Shown here: positions 26,022 through 37,610 of the stretch, in pieces
How the letters are laid out: every line of letters starts with the position of its first letter
Position numbering within the stretch: the first letter of the stretch is position 1
Assembly: GCF_001194135.2 (NCBI RefSeq)
Contig: NC_068987.1
Span: 29,954,091-30,018,090, forward strand
Source of the DNA: Octopus bimaculoides
Lineage: Eukaryota
DNA: 64,000 bases
Direction of reading: 5' to 3'
The notes under the pieces: generated by a model
What the model was told of the DNA's origin: nothing
The model's input: the letters and a program-made list of their open reading frames with translations, nothing else
Databases searched by the model: none
Made by a program: the position numbers and the translations under genes

Positions 26022-26414
26022 GTAAGAATCTATGTTGTTATTCCTGATATTGCTGTCCATTCAACACATATAACTATGTATCTTTATCATTGCACAATCT
26101 TCATAGATAAGTGTTGGTGACACTGGAAGCAACATTTAATTCGTAACATAGTTCCATAAAAAATATTTCGTAAGAGGAAGATAAAGGGGAAATTGAACAC
26201 GCATCAGTGTGTGCATGTACATACAGTCACAGATGTGACTGTGTGATTAAGAAACTTGCTTCCCAACCATGTGTTCAGTCCCATATTACAGAACCTTGGG
26301 TAAGTGTTTTCTTTTATAGCACCAGGTCAGCCAATACCTTTGCAAATGTACAAAAGGTATTGGTAAGAATTATACTTAGTAAGCCCAAATGTTTTAATGT
26401 CCAATTTTTTAAGC

Positions 26415-26881
26415 GAAATCGTGATGGTACCTGTACCAGTGGAGCACTAAGAGCACCGTCCGAGCGTGATCGTTACCAGAGCACCAGCTGTCTGGCTTCC
26501 GTGCCGGTGGCACGTAAATAGCACCATTTGAGCGTGATCGTTACCAACATCGCCTCCCTGGCACTTGTGCCAGTGACACGTGAAAAGACATTCGAGCAAG
26601 ATCGTTGCCAGTGCCGCTGGACTGGCTCCTGTGCAGGTGGCACGTAAAATACACCATTTTGAGCAAGTTCGTTGCAAGTACCACTAGACTGGCTCCTGCG
26701 CAGGTGGTACGTAAAAGCACCCACTAAACTCTCGGAGTGGTTGGCGTTAGGAAGGGCATCCAGCTGTAGAAACTCTGCCAAATCAGATTGGAGCCTGGTG
26801 TAGCCACCTGGTCCACCAGTCCTCAGTCAAATCGTCCAACCCATGCTAGCATGGAAAGCAGACGTTAAACGATGATGATGA
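26415..26881 (+). mobile_element. Family C long copy
   Basis: Inverted near-copy of 6716-7200, ending in AACGATGATGATG. Confidence 0.85.
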
Positions 26882-27306
26882 AATCAGATTAGACTTATTG
26901 GGGTAGGTGTTTCTGCTACCAGATTCTCTTCTTTGTCCCCAACACTCACTTTTATCCATGTAAAGTAAGACTTTCCTTCATTGAACAACTTAACTGCTCA
27001 ACAGTTTTTTATTCCCCCTCATTTTGCGGTATATTTAAGCATATCTGACTGTCTGAGAGCTGCATAAACAATTATAGATATTTGTTTGTTTTTACCTTCA
27101 TTTCCCTTTCTAGTGTGACTTAAATGTATATATTTTTAGAGGTATTTTTTTTACAGCCAGATGCTCTTTCTGTCACTAACCTTACGTTTTTTTCAAGCAA
27201 GGTGTATCTTCTTCCACACTTCTTTGAATGTTCAAAACCAGTAGATGACCCATTTGCAGGAGAAATAATAACATCACTGCCTGAGATTGAGCAATGTTCA
27301 GTGGGT

Positions 27307-27349
<43 letters not shown>

Positions 27350-27386
27350 CACACACACACTTTCTCGTACATGAGCAAAGCCATTG

Positions 27387-27790
27387 CTAGAAATAATCAC
27401 TGAAACGAGTCATTGTGGATGCAATGTGAGGCCCTTGTATGACTCTTGAGCCTGGTGAAAGATTTACACATTCTGTTGCATAATGCACAACTGTACTGGT
27501 TGGCAGAAGGAACAGGTACCACAGTATGAACTCTTTTGACATGCCTTTCCAGTCCTCCAACAGACAGAGACACCTTTCTACATGTTGCACATTTTCTGTT
27601 GTGAATAATAGCTGTATCACAATTTACCATGCATCAATTCCTGTGAGTTCTCTAACGGCTGACCAAGTCTATACGACTCAAGCACCTCCTCTCACAAATC
27701 ACACTGTGACTGCTCAAATGGTTGATGGTTTGGCTAATTCCATCTGCCAGCATAATATAAACAGCCAAGCGCAATGTAATACCATAAAGG
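27387..27790 (-). pseudogene. LINE (probably RTE-type) ORF2 C-terminal remnant with C2H2 zinc-finger motifs
   Basis: CATCRKVSLSVGGLERHVKRVH and CALCNRMCKSFTRLKSHTRASH, preceded in another frame by ICERRCLSRIDLVSR*RTH. This resembles the CxxC...SRIGLxSHxRxH ends of RTE LINEs. Confidence 0.6.
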
Positions 27791-28096
27791 AAAAATTTGT
27801 CACTAAGTGTGACTATGCGTACAATTATGTGTATATATTATGTGTATATATCTTCTTACAATGTTGAGATTTTTAATTCTTATTTCTAGCAATGTAGGTG
27901 CTTCGGCACCCTTAGTTACACTTAGTGACGATTCAATGTTTCCTTTATGGTATATTGCAGCTAGCAGTTTATATTAATTATATAGGGGTGTGTGTGTGTG
28001 TGTGTGTGCAGTGAATAGATAGGGACAAAATATCCAGGTGGCTACTGTTAGGCCATTCAGTCATAATCCAGGTTATGGCTAAACACATTGAGTTGT

Positions 28097-28485
28097 TGTT
28101 GTTGTTGGCACTCCGTCGCTTACGACGTCGAGGGTTCCAATCGATCCGATCAACGGAACAGCCTGCTCGTGAAATTAACGTGCAAGTGGCTGAGCACTCC
28201 ACAGACACGTGTACCCTCAACGTAGTTCTCAGTGGTATTCAGCGTGACACAGTGTGACAAGGCTGACCCCTTGAATTACAGGCACAACAGAAACAGGAAG
28301 TAAGAATGAGAGAAAGCTGTGGTGAAAGAGTACAGCAGGGTTCGCCACCATCCCCTGCTGGAGCCTCGTAGAGCTTTAGGTGTTTTCGCTCAATAAACAC
28401 TCAAAACGCCCGGTCTGGGAATCGAAACCACGATCCTATAACCGTGAGTCCGCTGCCCTAACCACTGGGCCATTGCGCCTCCACT
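28097..28485 (-). mobile_element. SINE family D, full length
   Basis: Perfect 12-bp TSD ACATTGAGTTGT at 28085-28096 and 28486-28497. Confidence 0.92.
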
Positions 28486-29400
28486 ACATTGAGTTGTAAA
28501 GGAGCACCTAAGATTACTTGAGGTAAGCAATCCCAGTCTAATTTATCCGATGGGTAAACCCTGGGTTCACTTCACTGGATTATAGTGAAGAAAACCGTGG
28601 TTTCGCGACAGTAACACCATTTTGTGGGTTTGCTGAAGAGTAGATTATAACATTTGGATAACATATTTTGTTTGAATCATACACACACACACACACATTT
28701 TTTGGCAGTGTGTATATATATTCTCTCTCTCTCTCTTTTATTACTAGGTTACTGGCTATGTATATGACTTTCACCTGAGACATCGAGCTGGTCATGTGGA
28801 GGAAGACAGACGCCTCTTGAAGAATGCCTATGCTTAGAATTCAAGACTTTTTCTTTTTTTTTCGTAGTCAAACCTTATTTCTCTGTCAGTCTTCTCTTTT
28901 CTTTCCTTCTTTTATTCTTTTTTTTTTCCTTTCAGTAATCCGTGCATTTTATTCTTTTAGCAGTCTTTTATTTGTGATGTCATTATTGACCGATGATGAT
29001 GATGACGACGACGATGATGATGATGATGATGATGACACTGTCTCTAGAGTGTTTATGAATCACTTAAACTTTCATTTTCATCTTTACTGTTTTGTTCATA
29101 TGTCTGTGATGTGAGTGTACACACACACAAGCACATGCACACACATTGGGATCAGGAGAAAAAACACTCGATTTTAGTAGAGTTTGTATTTTTTATTTGA
29201 AGCTGCTGATTCATTCTCTGTTGTGATGGAGTGACTGATCAGCTTTGACAGAATACTCACGCACACACATACACTCGCATATCTATACCCACACATACAC
29301 ATCTATATACGTACATGTATATATGTATGTGTATATATGTATGTGTATGTATATATAAAACATGGAACATTGACATTCATTAATACATATATATATATGT

Positions 29401-29777
29401 ATTACAGAGATGTACTTGCATAGCAAGTGACCTGATCTGAGATCGTGTGCTGGAATGAAAACAATTGCAGCGTGGGAGGTATTTATAAGCCATTTAAGAA
29501 ACACACAGAAACCGTTAAATTCACCTCAACATTTAAATTTAATTTGCCAAAATATTTTCGTGGCTTTGAGACAGCAACCTGTTCACTACAAAATTCCTTT
29601 GTCTGAACAGGTCGCGGTCGCAACGTGTTCACTACAAAATTCCTTTGTCAGTGAACAGGTCGTGGTCTCAAAGCGACGAAAATATTTTGGCAAATTAAAT
29701 TTAAATGTTGAAGTGAATCTAACGGTTTCTGTGTGTTTCTTAAATGGCTTATAAACACCTTCCATACCGCAATTGTT
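29401..29777. mobile_element. Foldback element embedded in (TA)n: ~125-bp inverted arms plus an asymmetric terminal stem-loop
   Basis: 29460-29585 is the reverse complement of 29650-29777. Central duplicated GTTCACTACAAAATTCCTTTGTC. Hairpin ACTTGC-ATA-GCAAGT at 29414-29428. Confidence 0.8.
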
Positions 29778-30721
29778 ATATACATATATATATATACATG
29801 CATACATATGCACACAATTAGTTTCAAGTTTTTCCTGTTTTCTAGTACTATTATCTCTGTTGAATCCACTCATATACACACACATATATACACACAGAGA
29901 CACAACACACAAAAATTAATAAAAACTTTTTTCTTATAATTTTTTTTGTAAATATTTTGCTTCTTGTGAAAGGAAGGAAGCAAAGAAAGAATTTTCTAAC
30001 GAGAAAGTGAGTGAACCTCTTAATAATTGAATGTCAACAAGTGTGAGACAACAAAGTGTGTAAAGGAATTTTTACATTGGCAGCAGATGATGATGATGAT
30101 GGTCCGCAAAAGTCTTCGTTTGGCAATGTTGTGTATAATTGAAATAGTTTGGCATTAATTTTTACTTAAATGCATAAAAGCCTTTTGATTGCATATAGTT
30201 TTGAAAACGTTTGTAACTTGAAGTGTTAACAATTACTGCAGAGTTGGTAACTCCCTCTTATCTAATGTCTTGTGCTATTTAATTAGGCTCGTTTGCATTC
30301 TGAGTTCAAACCCTGTCATGGTCACCTTTGTTGTCATTACAGGATTGATAAAACAAAGTAGCTGTTTACTTACTGGGGTTGGCTTAATCTTCATCTCAGA
30401 GTTTTTTGTTAGGAATAATAATAAAGAAGTGATTTTAAATCGCAGAAAAATGCTAATAATATAGCCTGGACAGGATTAACTATCCCTATTTTGCAGAGAA
30501 AAGTGTAGGTGGCTAGCTGTGGACACGAACTCACATCCCCGTGATTATATGTCACGATGCTTTTGAGAATTTAAAATCACTTTAACTTTCTAAAAGACAT
30601 CTCAACGCTTCTAAAAGCAAATTTCATTTGTTTATTTACGTTTGTCGTAATTTGAATTTAATAATAATAATAGATAAGTAGATGCATTATAGTAGTGACT
30701 GAGAGGAAAATGTACTTAGGA

Positions 30722-31092
30722 CCAGTTGAAATATGTTTGAGGGATAATTTCACCCATACAAAGGTTTCTCACTGCAGTTTGTCATGGAGGATGATTGTCA
30801 CTGTTGACAAACAAGGTGTAAAAATACTGTAATCATTTCAGATTTACTCCTATAAGACTGGTGTATACATGTATTTCAGAGCAGTTATCTTCTCATCAGC
30901 ACCTCTAGAGTTGCCTCTCTTCGGTATCTTGAGCTGATAAGAAGATAACTACTTTGAAACACATGTACCGGTTCTGTAGGTGGGGCTCTGAAATGACCAT
31001 GGTGTTCTTACTCCTTTTTTAATCTCCAGCAAGAAAATTTCTCCACCCCAAACTGCATGAGTTCAAATATCTCCCAAACAAATTTGAACTGG
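30722..31092. mobile_element. Fully palindromic MITE-like element, TIR CCAGTT(C/G)AAAT, right end followed by TA
   Basis: The two halves align over about 170 bp, though diverged. Same terminal motif as 38742-39219. Confidence 0.7.
30860..30903 (-). ncRNA. Putative minimal type-I hammerhead ribozyme
   Basis: Sense GGUG CUGAUGA GAAGAUAACUGCUCU GAAA UACAUGUA U A CACC: 4-bp helix I, intact core, palindromic helix III, AUA cleavage triplet. Helix II is imperfect. Confidence 0.55.
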
Positions 31093-31129
31093 TATAAAGT
31101 TTAATGATGATGATTATTATTATTCTGGA

Positions 31130-32040
31130 TAAGGCAGTGAGCTGGCAGAATTGTTAGCACACCAGGCAAAACACTTAGCTACATTTCTCTCAACTCTTTA
31201 ACATTATGAGTTCAAATTCCACCAAAGGCGACTTTGCTTTTTATCTTTTCAGAGTCAATGAAATAAGTACCAGTGGAGCACTGGGTCGATGTAATCACCT
31301 ATCCCCTCCCCCAAATTTCAGGCCTTGTGCTTGTAGTAGAAAAGATTATTATTATTATGGATGGTGTAATTAATAGAGTTATGAACTTACTTTGTAGAAC
31401 ATAGTTATCTCTCTTCTTATGAATTCAGTTTTTGTTATCTAATCTTCCTGGATGGAGGTGGTGGATAATAACAAAATAAGAATTCATTCATACACAATTA
31501 CCTGACTATTTTAGTCAATCAACTATAATCCACTGCAGAAGATTTGTAGCTTCATGTCAAAAATGATAAGATCAAGATGAATTTTCACTCATTATTATTA
31601 TTTAAGGGGCGAGCTGGCAGAATTGTTAGTTTGCTGGACGAAATCCTTAGCTGTATTTCACCTGTCGTTATGTTCTGAGTTTAAATTCTGCCAAGGTTGA
31701 CTTTGTTTTCAACCTTTCGGGGTCGATGAAATAAGTACCAGTGCAACACTGGGTCGATGTAATCTACTAGTCCCCCGCCTATCAAATTTCAGACTTTCTG
31801 CCTTTAGTAGAAAGGATTATTATTAAGGTGACGAGCTGGCAGAATCATTACCATGCTAGTCAAAATGCTTAGCAGCATTTCTCTCACTCTGAATTTTGAG
31901 TTCAAATTCTGCCTAGATCAATGTTGCTTCTCATCCTTTTAGGTTTGATAAAATAGAATACTAGTCAAGCACTGGGATCAACGTAATCAACTTACCCCCT
32001 CCCTTTAAAATTGCTGGTCTTGTACCAAAATGTTATTATT
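31130..32040 (+). mobile_element. Three head-to-tail copies of tRNA-derived SINE family B (about 31130-31358, 31603-31824, 31824-32040)
   Basis: Head TAAGGYRGYGAGCTGGCAGAAT...GAGTTCAAATT, central CTTTCGGGGTCGATGAAATAAGTACCAG, tail AGTAGAAAGGATTATTATT. Confidence 0.9.
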
Positions 32041-32729
32041 GTTAGTGGTGAATTTGAGAATTGTTAGAACACCTTGACACATCTCAAAACAATTTTTTTT
32101 AAAACGTTAATTTCCACCACAATATTAATGTCCCAATTCAGTGAAATATCTTTGCCAAAATTTACTTATACATAAACAAAGTGGTAAATGATGTTTACCT
32201 TACAAACAGCGGAATTGGCTGTTTTACTGATTGAAGGACTTAGTCGAAAAGCTTACCCACCTCTAAAATAAATAGTTCAAAGTGGAAGAAGAAACTACAT
32301 TCAGTAAATTGAAATAAGTTTACTACATAATTTACTGCTTTACTCACTGGTGGTTCTAGTAAATGTGTTATTTTTATTATTTTTTCTTTTTTTATCACAC
32401 AGTCTATTGTATGAATGAAATATTGATGGCTATTTATTTTTTGGTGGCTTGCAAGGAAACGATATACTTTACTCAAAGATAATATACAAACCTTATTTTT
32501 CCTTAGATTACATATGTGAATTCAGTAATAGATAAATTGAATAAATTCTCCTTTTTATTTTGCTTCTCTGAACAAATTACTAAAAAAAAATCATCTTGTT
32601 CTGAGGATAGCACAAGACAAATAGACAGAGAAACGCAGATCTTATAATATAGATTCTGCAACTATACTGACATATCATTTTCCCCCCTCCAAATATGTAA
32701 CTTAGTAGCTACAGAGTAGCTGTCTTATG

Positions 32730-32762
<33 letters not shown>

Positions 32763-33418
32763 AAAAGTAATGTGATTTCAAAATGAATAATGCTTTATTT
32801 GTCCCAAAGAAAGTAAAAAAACTGTGATAACATTTCTATCTAAATTCTATAACATTTTCATGGAATATATACATGTAAAAATTTGTGAACTGGAGTTTTG
32901 TTTTTATATGTACTCTTTACTTATGAATATAACATTTAAAAAAAAAACAATTTTCTTATTAATTATTCCTTTTAATATTGGTTTAATGAATTTTGAAAAG
33001 TATTTTTAATATTCATGCTTTCATTTTCTTAACTCAGTTTTATTATTTGGGAAAAACTTTACAATTTTCTCTCAGTAGTCGTTTTAATACTGATTGGAAG
33101 ATAAGCTGAAATTAAATTTATGTAATTCAACATTTTGGTAAATTTGTGGATATTTGATTTTTTTTTTTTTTAATTATATTTAATATTTTCCATTACATTC
33201 AGTATTTTATTATTGTAATAATAATAACAATAATAAGGATGCATGTGTGTATATTAGAAATTAAAAAAATCATTTTAATATACTTTTGAAGCATAAACAT
33301 TTAAACAGAGAAACATTGTGAAATATAACCGTTGCTTGATATAAAAATTTTTTATTTCATTTTAATTAACAGATGCTGGAGATTCAATTTAGATTATCAT
33401 TTAATGAACCAAATTCAA

Positions 33419-33630
33419 CCCTTTAGCATTTAAGCTGGCCATATCCAGCCAAAATATTCTGTTTTATGTACAAACTTGCCAATTCTGACCTCTGACACCT
33501 ACCCTACAATGTCATTCTACGAATATACAGTCACATCATTGAAATCTCGAAGATACAAAATAATACATGATTAATTCAAAACAATGCGAATAATTAATAA
33601 GAGTTACATTTGAAAAAGTAATTTGCATGA
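33419..33630. mobile_element. piggyBac-type MITE, right end truncated
   Basis: CCCTTTAGCATTTAAGCTGGCC... matches 11557. Confidence 0.7.
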
Positions 33631-35190
33631 AACATCTGCTGGGTTTTCCAGAGATTGGGAGAGGACAATGAGAACCTATCTCTGGAAAACCCAGCAGATG
33701 TCCTCTCCCAACCTTTAAAAAGGTCAGGTCAGATATCATTTTCATCTCTATACTACATACACACTCATGCAGTGCTTGTGTATTGAAATAGTTTATAAAT
33801 CTCATTGTTGGTACTTAATTTCTTATGTGTGTCTGTTCAAACGGCAGCAAACTTAATGGAATTTGTCAGTTCATCGCTTTGCCACCTGATCTATCGCATA
33901 TAGTGAAAAACTCTTAGAAAACTGAATTTTCAGCCTTTTCTCATGCATGTAGAGTTGCCTGTGCAAATGGAAGAAAATTGAAGTAAGGGAAGTAACTCGG
34001 AATGGCCATTGGCTTGTAGCGGAGAGATAATGACTAAGGAAACATTGAATATACAAAGTCAATTTTTATATTTATTGAAATTATGTCCTCTTCAAGAACA
34101 GCTAGAACAATCACTTGGTGGCAAATGTAGGTAGAATCAAAATTTCTCTAAAACTGACCTACCATTAAAGAAAATCAGTTTGATTGTGTGGAGATGACAA
34201 CTGTAAACAATTTTTTTCTAACTTAGGTGTCACCAACACATATATATATACACACACACATATATAACTACACATATGTGTAAACACCTGTGTGTGTGTA
34301 TATATATATATATATATAAAGAAAAAAATGGGATTAAAAAATCCTGGCAGATATCAATTAAGTGCTCAGTATAAAATGATGTGGTTAAAATTTCCAACAA
34401 TCAAATACTAGTAAATTTAAGATTACGAATCCCAGGTAACTCCAACAATTGTTTCAATTTCTCTCTCTCTCACACGCACACGCACACACACACACACACA
34501 CACTAAATAACCTCTTAAGATCTATTAAATATCCAAAGAATTTACTGATTTTTCATGAAATATTTAAAAAGCTATGTCAATCTGATGAAACCATATTAAT
34601 TTTAAAAGGAATTTTATTATTCCTGAAAAATTTGGTTTTATTAATGAAGTGGAAGCAGCTGTAGTTTATGAGATGTGTCATTTGCTTGTATTTAATGATT
34701 AAATTATTTAATTGTTCAATTTATTGTTTTTGGTTTCCATTTCTAATCTATATATATATATATATATGGACAATATTATTAAAATTAATAATATCCTTGA
34801 AAATAAATGTTAATACATTACCAAAGTAATCTAAATTGGTGAAATTCTAACTGAACATCTGAAAAAATGTTAGCAGTTAATAAACGCTAACAAAAATCAA
34901 ACTCAACTTAAAACATTCATTCATTCAACCATTAGCAACGTCATTGAATAACTAATTTGCTTTATAAAAATAGAAACAAAAATAAAAAATAAACAAATTG
35001 TTGGAGACTTCACACTGAAGTTACTAATGATAAAATTCAAATAAAAGACAAAAATAAAACAATACTAATTCTACATTTTGACAATTTGAAATCTGAAAAT
35101 AAATATTTTTGCATGCAATTATTGATGATGTTGCTGGATAATTAGAGAATAAAAACTACAGACAAGAATTTTACAGTATTCTCAAGAGAT

Positions 35191-35416
35191 TATCTACATT
35201 ATTTACATTTGACGGATATTTCTCCTCATCTTGTTTGTTATAATAATAGTAACATCGTTAGGAATGAGAACCCAGGTTCGAAATTTCCCCAAGACACCTG
35301 ACGAAGGCTGGAGGGTATATCAGCCGAAACGTTGTGTTAACAACAAACAAGATGAGGAGAAATATCCGTCAAATGTAAATAATGTAAATAATTCCTCATC
35401 TCTTAAATATAGAACT
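35191..35416 (+). mobile_element. Penelope-like terminal-repeat fragment with 5' inverted partial duplication and 15-bp flanking direct repeats
   Basis: GTATTCTCAAGAGAT at 35176-35190 and 35417-35431. About 35199-35240 is the reverse complement of about 35341-35382. Contains a hammerhead motif. The Penelope assignment is inferred from that motif. Confidence 0.75.
35293..35338 (+). ncRNA. Minimal type-I hammerhead ribozyme
   Basis: GACAC CUGACGA A GGCUG GAGGGUAUAU CAGCC GAAA CG U U GUGUU. Identical to 51431-51476 except at the variable core position N7. Confidence 0.75.
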
Positions 35417-35466
35417 GTATTCTCAAGAGATAACTAAAGAATAAAAACTACACATACGTATATAAA

Positions 35467-35498
<32 letters not shown>

Positions 35499-35541
35499 CA
35501 CACACATACATATATATACATACACGCACATGTATTTGTGT

Positions 35542-35895
35542 ATGGTTGTGTGGTAAGTAACTTGCTTACCAACCACATGGTTCTGGGTTCAGTCCCACTG
35601 TGTGGCACCTTGGGCAAGTGTCTTCTACTATAGCCTCGGGCCAACCAAAGCCTTGTGAGTGAATTTGGTAGGCAGAAACTGAAAGAAATGTATGTTTGAG
35701 TGTCTGTTTATCTCCCCGCCATCGTTTGACAACCGATGTTGGTATGTTTACGTCCCTGTAACTTAGTGGATCGGCAAAAGTGACTGATAGAATAAGTTCT
35801 CGGCTTAATAAAAAATAAGTCCTGGGGTCGATTTCTTTGACTAAAAGGCAGTGCTCCAGCCTGGCCACTGTCAAATGACTGAAACAAATAAAAAA
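35542..35895 (+). mobile_element. SINE family A
   Basis: Matches other A copies. Confidence 0.88.
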
Positions 35896-35931
35896 TACAC
35901 AAACACACATATATATATTTATTTATTTATA

Positions 35932-36313
35932 CTCTTTTATTTGTTTCAGTCATTTGACTGGTCATGCTGGAGCACAGCCTTTAGTCGAGGAAATCGACCC
36001 CAGGAATTATTCTTTGTAAGCCTAGTACTTATTCTATCGGCCACTTTTGTTGAACTGAGTTACAAGGACGTAAACACACCGACATCGGTTGTCAAGCGAT
36101 GTTGGGGGGGGGGGACNNNNNNNNNNACACAGACATACATATATATATATATATATATATGACGGGCTTCTTTCAGTTTCCGTCTACCAAATCCTCTCAC
36201 AAGGCTTTGGTCGGCCTGCGGCTATAGTAGAAGACACTTGCCCAAGATGCCACGCAGTGGGACTGAACCCGGAACCATGCGGTTCGTAAGCAAGCTACAT
36301 ACCACACAGCCAC
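35932..36313 (-). mobile_element. SINE family A, inverted and adjacent to the previous copy
   Basis: Matches other A copies. Contains a 10-N gap. Confidence 0.88.
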
Positions 36314-36703
36314 TATGAGGATTAATTGCTGTTTTGGAAGAACCAGAAGTAAATGAAGTATTACTAAGAATGTAGCAAAAGAAAATCTTCAGACTCTGTT
36401 TTGGAGGAAGCTATAATAATTATTATTATAATATTTTCTTGTATTGGCCATAAGGGCCTATGCTACTGAGTATAGTACAAGGAAATTTTCTTTTTAAAGA
36501 AATTCAAGTAGGGTTTACCTTGAGTCAAAGGGTGGTCAATATAGTAACAGAGTTAATTTTCTGAACCATCTGAGCTACTTAATGAGTTGTAGAGAAGATA
36601 AATTCTTTTGTCAATCTGCTATTTCCTTAATTTATTAGTTAATCTCCGTATAATAATTAATGGTATAGATTTTGGTTGATTGATTTCTTCAGTCCTTTTA
36701 GAA

Positions 36704-36736
<33 letters not shown>

Positions 36737-37571
36737 GGTGAAAGAAATATCAATCTTTCAGTTTTACGTTTTCAATATGTTTCATGAAAATGTGTAAACA
36801 AACTGAGAAAAGGAGTGTTAAGACAAATAAATAGATGAGGTAGAGCAAAGAATTATTTCAATCATCTTGAAAGTGTTTGGGAATTATATCAAACATGCTG
36901 TGTTTCTCTACAACAATCAACAATTATGTATTCTGACTGAAAACAGAATAAGCAAATCAGATCACTGAAAGTATGGTGCAGTGCTTGATCATGTACTGCG
37001 ATTTAAATGTATCTAACTACTTGCTTATGACCTGAACAAGAGGAAACAAACATCAGTATGAATATGTATACATGTTCAGAAAGAAAAATCTATGTATATG
37101 TAGTATATACTTATACACACTGAGTGACAGACGTACAAATAGACACATATATTGTATAGAAAGGGGGAGAGGGAGTAAAAGAGAGAATTAACATGGGAGG
37201 TGCAGGTTGAGTGCACATACTAGGCTTTGTGGAAGGAAGAGTAGGGGTAAAGGACAGTTATGGGTGGAGTTATGAAAATGAGCAATTTGTTTTACTTAAT
37301 TTTATTTTAAACTAATAAATATTTTCTTTTAGAAATTAATGTTCATTCCATCATAAAAACCAAAATTGTTGATAAAATAATGTTTGTTTGGCATATTTCT
37401 TGATATTATCCATGGTGGCAAATGTTTAACAGTATACTTCCAAAGTTACCCTTAATGGTTTAATTTCCTCTTTGAAATAATTAAGTTTCTATTTTAAGTA
37501 CCTCATCTATAATTATATATATATATACATATATTTATTGTGAGTTTACATATGTGCATGTGCACACACAC

Positions 37572-37610
<39 letters not shown>

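Noticed and set aside
26022-33430. Candidate terminal exons after the TM exon (acceptors at about 27113, 32209 and 33372, or read-through to 26120)
   Set aside because: Several equally plausible short endings, with no way to choose without transcripts.
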